From NCBI GenBank assembly GCA_045106895.1, contig JBGCFM010000271.1:1-27020 (forward strand): DNA of 27,020 bases. The letters run 5' to 3'. Position 1 is the stretch's first letter. Each line of letters opens with the position of its first letter. This stretch comes from Polyangiales bacterium (GTDB lineage Bacteria; Myxococcota_A; Polyangia; Polyangiales; Houyiibacteriaceae). The translations under genes were made by a program, and so were the position numbers. The notes under the pieces are model-generated. The model was not told the origin of the DNA. It worked only from the letters and a program-made list of their open reading frames with translations, and searched no databases. Below are positions 17,938 through 24,345 of the stretch, in pieces.

Positions 17938-20900
17938 TCAGTCCGCAGGCGCGAACGTCTCGCGGCCAATGGCGCCTTCCACAACATCGGCAACGTGGAA
18001 GCGAAGGGGGACGGTCTCATTCGCCAGCCAGCTCTGCGCCTGGTCGTCGAAGTAGTCCGACGACGTCAGACCCGATTGTCCACCGGGCAGAATGTTGCGT
18101 CCCGTGATGTTCCCGTCCTCAAGACGAATCACCATGCGCATCACCGGTCCGTTCCCAAAGTAGTAGTCCGCGTCGGGAACGAAGGAAGTGTGCCCGGCAT
18201 CGACGTTGAAAAGGTCACCCGGTCGCGGGAACCAGGTAAGCCCTGCTCGGACATCGTCCTCGGCCAGGTCCGGCATAAGCGGCAGTCGGTCCGCGGTGAT
18301 GGCGAAGCCCTGCGCGATGATGCCGAAGGGACCGCCCGTTCCGACGAAGTCCGTGATGATGGACTCAAACTTCACCTGGTGGCGAAGGCCCCAAAGCCAC
18401 TCGCTCATGTCCGCCGTACCAAAGCCGCCGACGCCTGCTTCGGTGGGTTCCGCTCGCAGCTTCGCCAGCGTCGTCGTCAATGCGTCCAGCGCCGTGTCGA
18501 AGCTCGTCTCAACCTCTGCGGTCCCGATGCGGTCAAAGAACGCAGACTCCATGGTGGCTGGGTCCCAAGAGGCAAGGCCTTCCGGGTTGCCAGCGCCGCG
18601 CCCGCGCCAAAGCCGCAGAACAGCCCGAGTGACCATCGTGCGCCGGTCCGGAGCGAAGACAAAGTCGATGTCTTCATCCGCGAAGATCGCAGCGATGTGC
18701 TCGCGCCACCACTGGTTGAAGATCATCGTCGCCGCAGCGTCCTCGCGCGCGCCGGCGTCAGGGGAGTTGTAGAAAGTCTCGACGCCGGACGCCGCCTCAG
18801 CTCCGCCCTCGAGCCAGTCGCGCAGACGTGTCTCTACCTCGTCGATGGCGGCCTTCTCGGCGGTGTATGTAGCGAGCAATCGCGTTTCGTCGGCGCCCAC
18901 CGCGCCGGCGCCTTCAATGCGCTGCGCCTCGGCGATGGCCTCAAGAAGCATCGGGGCAAAGAGGCGCCCCATGACCGATGTGTGGTCTCCCTGGAGCCGC
19001 GCCATCTCGTCTTCATCGACGCTCTCGTCGGCACCGAGCTCTGTCAAACGGCTGCGGATCGTCTCCCCACGGAACCCGTTGTTCCATGGTCCGCCAAGAT
19101 AGAACTCGTCGTTGGTGAAGTCGTTGTCCGTCGTGATGTTGGCGATGTCGTGGTTCGCCGTCAGCACGAAGCCTTCGCTTGGGTTCAGCGAACTCGGCCA
19201 TCGGTCGAAGGGCACGAGGCAGGTCTCAGGCGCTTCGTCGCAGGTGCTCTCGTCGGGCATTCCAGCGTCGTCGAGGCGAACCTCAAAGCCGCCGTACTGC
19301 GTTCCGTCGAGGAGCCCGCGCGGGTTGGCGCCGGGGGACCAGCTGCCGTCGGCTTCGCGAGAAAGGTGCGCGCGGGAAGGCGTGGCGTTGTAGCTGCCGT
19401 AATAGACATTGCCTTCCGTGTCCGCGGCGACGAGATTCTGCGCGTAACTGACGAGCTCCGCCGTCGCGTCGCGGAACTCGTGGACGTTGTCCGCGTCGTT
19501 GAAACCCTGCAGCGCGTGGAGAATGTTGCTGACGTCAAAGCCCGTGTAGTCGAAGCTGATGCCGCTGATGACGCCGTCGCCGTCCATATCCGCCGGGATG
19601 ATGAAGTCGCCCTGAACATTGATGAGCGCTTCGCCGTCGCCGGGCACCGTGTCGATGAGCGCTGGGCGACCTTCAACGGCGGCGAGCACGCGGCCATCAA
19701 AGGTCTCATAACGGTCCCATGTTTCGGTACGGCCTACGGAGCTCAAGGCTTCAATGTCCGCGATCTCCACGCTCTCGGGAACAACAACCAAGGGCTCTTC
19801 GCTGCCTCGGAAACGCGAAGCGACGGGCGCGCCGTCTTCGAGGATCAGCTCCTCGGCGTACCAGTCCGTGACGTCGCCGCGCAGGTAGGTCTGTGACCAG
19901 GCAACGCGCCCGTTTGTGCCGACGGCCATCGGAGGAATCGCGGCAAAGAAGAGACCCATGAGGCTCGTCGCGCCTTCTCCAAAGACCGTCGTGTCGAGAC
20001 CCATCTGGTAAAAGAAAGGCGCGATGGAGAGGGGAAGGTGACCGTCTCCGCTCAGCGTCGCGGCACCATCGCCGAGCTCCGGACGTGTGGCCCAGGCGTT
20101 GCTGCCGAAGTCATTCCAGCGACCACCCCGGAAGCGGTCTTCGAAGGCGTCGTTTCGAGCGAGGAGTCGGTCGAGCATCGAGCGCTCCACCGGCGCCGGC
20201 GTGCGCAGTGGACCCAGTCCACGGCCGCTGCGAAAACGAAGCGAGCGCGGCGTCGTGCCTTCGGAGTAGCCGAAGCCCGGCGCGGACGACACATCATGAA
20301 TCGGCTGAACCGGCCGGAAGAGGTCTTCGTCGACCCCCGCGCGTCGAAGCGCGTCGCCCTCGAAGAGGTCGCCAATTCGCTCCTCGATGTCCCCGTAAAC
20401 AGGGTCACCAGTCTCGAAACCCAGCTGGTACACGGGCACCGCCGCAAAGGCGATGAGGTCCGCGCGCGTCAGCGGCTCCATGTAGTCCCCTGGCTCGCCA
20501 CCGAGGAGAGGGCCCACCAGCGCGAGCTCGCTCGGAGGCTCCAGGTCGCCGTCTTTTACATTCTGGATGTACGCGTTGACGCCAAGCACGTACGCGTCGA
20601 CGACTTCCTCTTGCTCCGGCGTCAGCAGGCCGACCAAGCGTTCGGCAATCTTCGTCATGCCGCGGCCTCGACTGCCAAGGTCGCCCGCGAGGGCGCCATC
20701 ACCGATGAGCTCCGCCAGCCTTCCCTGCGCGAGGCGACGACCTGCTTCGATCTGGAAGTAGCGGTCGGCGGCGACCACGTACCCCTGCACGACGCGAAGG
20801 TCGTGCTCGTTCTGCGCATAGATGTGCGGAACGTTGGCCTCGGTGCGAACGACGTAGACCTCGTCTTCAAGACCCGCGATGGTCGTGCGCGTCAGCTCTT

Positions 20901-21060
20901 CGATGCGGAGGACGTCGCCGCGAGGCCCTTCGGGCAGGCCAACATCCACCGCGTCAGGTCCGCCGTCGGCGCTGCCGCCATCCACGGGAGGCGTATCGTC
21001 ATCGCCGCAAGCGACGAAAAGCAGGGAAGAGAGAACGGACCAGAAGAGCAAACGAGGCAT
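17938..21060 (-). CDS. Penicillin acylase family (S45 Ntn-hydrolase) lipoprotein
   Basis: Lipobox LFVAC, VPHIYAQNEHDL...QGYVVAADRYFQI, RRLAQGRLAE, G|SNAW beta-chain nucleophile (Ser codon 20101-20103), TANHD and LPGGQSG...YFDDQ. Start set at ATG 21060. Confidence 0.93.
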   Translation of the reverse strand: MPRLLFWSVLSSLLFVACGDDDTPPVDGGSADGGPDAVDVGLPEGPRGDVLRIEELTRTTIAGLEDEVYVVRTEANVPHIYAQNEHDLRVVQGYVVAADRYFQIEAGRRLAQGRLAELIGDGALAGDLGSRGRGMTKIAERLVGLLTPEQEEVVDAYVLGVNAYIQNVKDGDLEPPSELALVGPLLGGEPGDYMEPLTRADLIAFAAVPVYQLGFETGDPVYGDIEERIGDLFEGDALRRAGVDEDLFRPVQPIHDVSSAPGFGYSEGTTPRSLRFRSGRGLGPLRTPAPVERSMLDRLLARNDAFEDRFRGGRWNDFGSNAWATRPELGDGAATLSGDGHLPLSIAPFFYQMGLDTTVFGEGATSLMGLFFAAIPPMAVGTNGRVAWSQTYLRGDVTDWYAEELILEDGAPVASRFRGSEEPLVVVPESVEIADIEALSSVGRTETWDRYETFDGRVLAAVEGRPALIDTVPGDGEALINVQGDFIIPADMDGDGVISGISFDYTGFDVSNILHALQGFNDADNVHEFRDATAELVSYAQNLVAADTEGNVYYGSYNATPSRAHLSREADGSWSPGANPRGLLDGTQYGGFEVRLDDAGMPDESTCDEAPETCLVPFDRWPSSLNPSEGFVLTANHDIANITTDNDFTNDEFYLGGPWNNGFRGETIRSRLTELGADESVDEDEMARLQGDHTSVMGRLFAPMLLEAIAEAQRIEGAGAVGADETRLLATYTAEKAAIDEVETRLRDWLEGGAEAASGVETFYNSPDAGAREDAAATMIFNQWWREHIAAIFADEDIDFVFAPDRRTMVTRAVLRLWRGRGAGNPEGLASWDPATMESAFFDRIGTAEVETSFDTALDALTTTLAKLRAEPTEAGVGGFGTADMSEWLWGLRHQVKFESIITDFVGTGGPFGIIAQGFAITADRLPLMPDLAEDDVRAGLTWFPRPGDLFNVDAGHTSFVPDADYYFGNGPVMRMVIRLEDGNITGRNILPGGQSGLTSSDYFDDQAQSWLANETVPLRFHVADVVEGAIGRETFAPAD

Positions 21061-21220
21061 ATCGGATGCAAGGTAGCTTAGGGCATTCGCCTTCGCGAAG
21101 TCGAAACGACTCGCTTTCAAAAAGCGTCATGCCTGACAGCCCAGGCCTACACGTGCGACAAAAATGTCCCCAAGAGGGCTTCACGTGACCCGCGGTGCAA
21201 CCTCCCATCCGCTCTATGCG

Positions 21221-22090
21221 TCAGCGCCGAGGGTCTTCCGTCGCGAACTCGCAAACCTCCGCGAGCGCCACACCAATGTCGCGATAGAGCTCTGCTGTGC
21301 GCTCGCCCACCAAACGATTGCCGCGCTGCCCGTAGGGCGAGTCGACAAACACGCTTACCCAAAAAAGCTGAGAGAGCTCAAACCAGCCCCAGTCCGGCGG
21401 GTCGCGCGGCGAGCTGTACCAGTCCGGACGGGGAAGCTGCATCGCGTCGAGAGCGGCGTACGCGAGGGCGTCGAGCTGCGCTCTCTGCGCCAACGTTGGA
21501 ACAGGGCACTCGGACCACTCGGCGTCGTACTCGAGAAGGGGTCTGGTGCGAGCAAAGCCACCTCGCCACTCCACTTCGACAACTCTCAAAACGCCAAGCT
21601 CGGCTCCGACGATCGGAGTGACGGACCAGGAGGTCACCAAGACAGGAGCGCCGTCGAGGACTTCGCAGTCGCCGTCGTCAAAACGCGAACGCAGCTCGTA
21701 GGCGAAGTTCGCCGCCTGCTGGCGAACGCCGCCATCGCCCCAACACGCCGTCGACTGTCCGCCGGGCTCGAAGGAAGCGCATCGGGGCCCACCAGCATTG
21801 ATTGCGAAATCTGGGGGAGGACGCACCCAGGGCTCTTGCAGCGTTCGCACGATGGCCCGCCAGCGCTAGCGTTCCTCTGCGCCGAGGACGCCGCGACACA
21901 CGCGGGCGTCGTAGAGCGAGAGCACCTCGAAGGTCCCGTCGGCGTTTACCTCTAAGAGGTCACGACCGGTCGGCACGCGTCCACCAAACTGCTCGACCTC
22001 AAGCTTGCCAGCTGGCAGCTCTCCGCCTTCGGCCATCTGATAGCAGCTCGCCAGGACGGGCAGAGCGAGGATAAGAAGCGCGCGGGTCAC
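21221..22090 (-). pseudogene. Hypothetical lipoprotein interrupted by one in-frame TAG (21866-21868)
   Basis: Track ORFs 21866..22123 and 21221..21850 are in the same frame and read ...VLGAEER*RWRAIVRTLQEPW... across the stop. The N-terminus MTRALLILALPVLASC (GTG 22090) is a lipoprotein signal, and the downstream part has no SD. Confidence 0.6.
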
Positions 22091-22132
22091 CAGAGCAACA
22101 TAGCCGTCAAAGGAGGCGTACACCTCCTCAAC

Positions 22133-24166
22133 TCAGCGCGGTCCGCAGTCCGCGCAGTCTGTTCCAAGAGCGCAGACGTTGTAGAGCGAGTTCGGCCCGC
22201 CGTCGTCGCACTCGTTGTCGTTGGCCGTGTTGCAGGTGTTGGTGCAGCCGTTTGGTGCAGGTACGCCCTGAGGTGCGCGGGGTGGTGCCGGCGGTGGTGC
22301 TGCGCCGCCGGCGCCGCCGACAGGGCGGGGTCCGCAGTCGGCGCAGTCCGTGCCAAGGTCGCAGATGTCGTAGAGAGAGTTGGGTCCGCCGTCGTCGCAT
22401 TCGTTGTCGTTGGACGAGTCGCAGGTGTTTGTGCAGCCGCCACCCGGAGGGCTATTACCGCCCTGCCCCGCGGCCAAAGTGAAAGCTTCGCTACCGGGCC
22501 GGAAGAACGCCATCGTCACGCTCGAGGCGAGTCGCTCGAAGGCGAGGCGAGACATCGTGCTGTACACCGCGCCGTCGCTGGGACCGCCCGCAGAGCCGGC
22601 GCCGTAATCTTGGTAGGAAACCGTGAAGTGATTGGGGGGCTCGACGCCAACGCTGAAAGCGTGCGTCGTGGGGTCGTCAGGAATGTGCATTGAGACGTTG
22701 AAGTTGACGTGGATGCCCACGAACTCACTGCCGTTTTGCTCGTCGGTGAAGGTCGTGCCGCTGGGACGAATCTCGTAGGCAATGTCGACGGTGGGGACCG
22801 GCGCCGTGACGCCAGGTAGGATGCGGCCCGCGTGGGCCATGCTCACGATGTCGTCGGGAAAGACCGTGGCGAAGCCCTGCTGGAGAACCTCCGTGATTTG
22901 GTTCTCCCGCGGCATCGAACGCTCATCCGTGAAGTGAGGCGCAATCGGCGAAACGCGTGAGCTCTGTTCGGCGAGGGTGGTGTCGATGGCGACGAGAGTC
23001 GCGTTCGTCGGTGGCGAAAAGCGCACCTGGACCGGCGGCGAATCGTGGGCTTCAAGCCACGTCAGGAGAGCCTCCACAAAGCGAGGCATGTTCGGGTCCG
23101 TCGTCGCCGCCTGGGAAAGGAAGCTTGCTTTCACGACCTCGAAGCGCTGATGAACCACCGCGCGGACCTCCGGGAGATGCGGCGAGTTTGGGTACTGCTG
23201 CATGTATTCACGCAGCGCTGTCACCGTGCCGGTGGCTTGCGCTTCTTGGAAAGCCGTGGCGAAGAGGAGCTCCTGGGCCTCCGCCTGGTGATTCGTTCCG
23301 TGGCGCAGGTAGGACTCGATGGCGCTGGAGGTGTTTCGACCTCGCGCCTCTTCAAAGGCGGCGTCGTCGCTCAGCGTGTTGCGCACGAACCAAACAGGAA
23401 CCGTCAGGAGCGAGAGCCCAAGCGCCGTCGCCGAGGCCCACTTGAGAGGAGCCATGAGTTTGCCCGCCACGGCCTGACCGCTGGCATGGGAAGCTGCCTG
23501 CTGGGCCGCCGGCGGCTCGTTCCAGATGCTGGTGTTTCGAACGTCGAAGAATACATCACGTGCCGCGATGGAGGCTGCATCGCCCGCCGCCGCGAACTGC
23601 ATGATCTCGCGCTGGTTCTGCGCGATTCGGTCCAGTGCATCTTGTGCGCGCTGACGTCCAAAGAACGTAAAGCGCTCGGTCTTGCCGCCGGGGAACACAA
23701 AGTTCACGACGGTGTTCATGTAGCGACCGTTTTGAAGATGATGAACGACGTTGACGTTCGAGATTCGCGCGAGGGGAACGATCTTCAACTCGGGCTTGGT
23801 CGCGTCGACGATGTCCGTAGCGAACAGATAGCGACCTCGTCGATAGGGCGTGCTCTTGTCGAGGATGACCCGACGAACGATGGCCAAAAATGCGTACCCG
23901 GCGAGGAAAGCCAGGAACATGACGGCGAGAAGCTCTGGGAACTCCATGCGCGCGTGATAGATGGAGCCAAAGTCCGCGCCGAGAATGGCAAGCGCGATAC
24001 CGCCGGCAGCGATGGCGAGGAGACTCCATCCAAAGAACGCTCCGCCCCTCGATGTTGGGAGAGACGACACCGGATTCGGTCCGCCTTGGTTCTTCGTCGC
24101 CGCGGCAAAACGCATGCGCGCGCTCTCTGGCAGCGCGTTGAATGGAATCTTTACTTCTACGCTCAT
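22133..24166 (-). CDS. Membrane protein (about 3 TM) with large extracytoplasmic region and two C-terminal 6-Cys repeats
   Basis: SD GGGAGG before ATG 24166. TM segments FFGWSLLAIAAGGIALAIL, LLAVMFLAFLAGYAFLAIV and ATALGLSLLTVPVWFV; helical repeats (SAIESYLRH, TALREYMQQYPNSPH); C-terminal Cys repeats. Confidence 0.85.
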   Translation of the reverse strand: MSVEVKIPFNALPESARMRFAAATKNQGGPNPVSSLPTSRGGAFFGWSLLAIAAGGIALAILGADFGSIYHARMEFPELLAVMFLAFLAGYAFLAIVRRVILDKSTPYRRGRYLFATDIVDATKPELKIVPLARISNVNVVHHLQNGRYMNTVVNFVFPGGKTERFTFFGRQRAQDALDRIAQNQREIMQFAAAGDAASIAARDVFFDVRNTSIWNEPPAAQQAASHASGQAVAGKLMAPLKWASATALGLSLLTVPVWFVRNTLSDDAAFEEARGRNTSSAIESYLRHGTNHQAEAQELLFATAFQEAQATGTVTALREYMQQYPNSPHLPEVRAVVHQRFEVVKASFLSQAATTDPNMPRFVEALLTWLEAHDSPPVQVRFSPPTNATLVAIDTTLAEQSSRVSPIAPHFTDERSMPRENQITEVLQQGFATVFPDDIVSMAHAGRILPGVTAPVPTVDIAYEIRPSGTTFTDEQNGSEFVGIHVNFNVSMHIPDDPTTHAFSVGVEPPNHFTVSYQDYGAGSAGGPSDGAVYSTMSRLAFERLASSVTMAFFRPGSEAFTLAAGQGGNSPPGGGCTNTCDSSNDNECDDGGPNSLYDICDLGTDCADCGPRPVGGAGGAAPPPAPPRAPQGVPAPNGCTNTCNTANDNECDDGGPNSLYNVCALGTDCADCGPR
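22136..22435 (-). repeat. Two 37-aa Cys/Asp-rich repeats (22325-22435 and 22136-22246) separated by a Pro/Ala/Gly linker
   Basis: CTNTCDSSNDNECDDGGPNSLYDICDLGTDCADCGPR and CTNTCNTANDNECDDGGPNSLYNVCALGTDCADCGPR. Confidence 0.92.
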
Positions 24167-24345
24167 CGGTCCTCCCAAAACTCCACCGTTTCCGGCGTGG
24201 CGCAGCATCGCACTCTCAGCGCGCCCGTCACAAGGTACGTCTGGCCCCCGCGGATCTTCCTACCCCAAGTTAAGGAGAGAAGAGCCGCAGGTGGAGAACG
24301 CGAAAGAAACCGACGGGGCCACCGAAGTGACCCCCGCCAGGCCCT

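Noticed and set aside
17886..18020. N-terminal extension of PhoH overlapping the acylase gene
   Set aside because: The extension is not PhoH-like. ATG 17885 removes the overlap and has a -10-like box upstream.
17995..19896. 633-aa plus-strand ORF, and similar long antisense ORFs at 1755, 16827, 20038, 23045 and 25177
   Set aside because: Expected stop-poor antisense frames in high-GC coding DNA; each lies opposite a gene with clear family motifs or domain structure.
21095..21114. Hairpin GCGAAGTCG-AAA-CGACTCGC upstream of the acylase as a riboswitch or ncRNA
   Set aside because: A single short bulged stem with no recognisable aptamer; it could be chance or a weak terminator.
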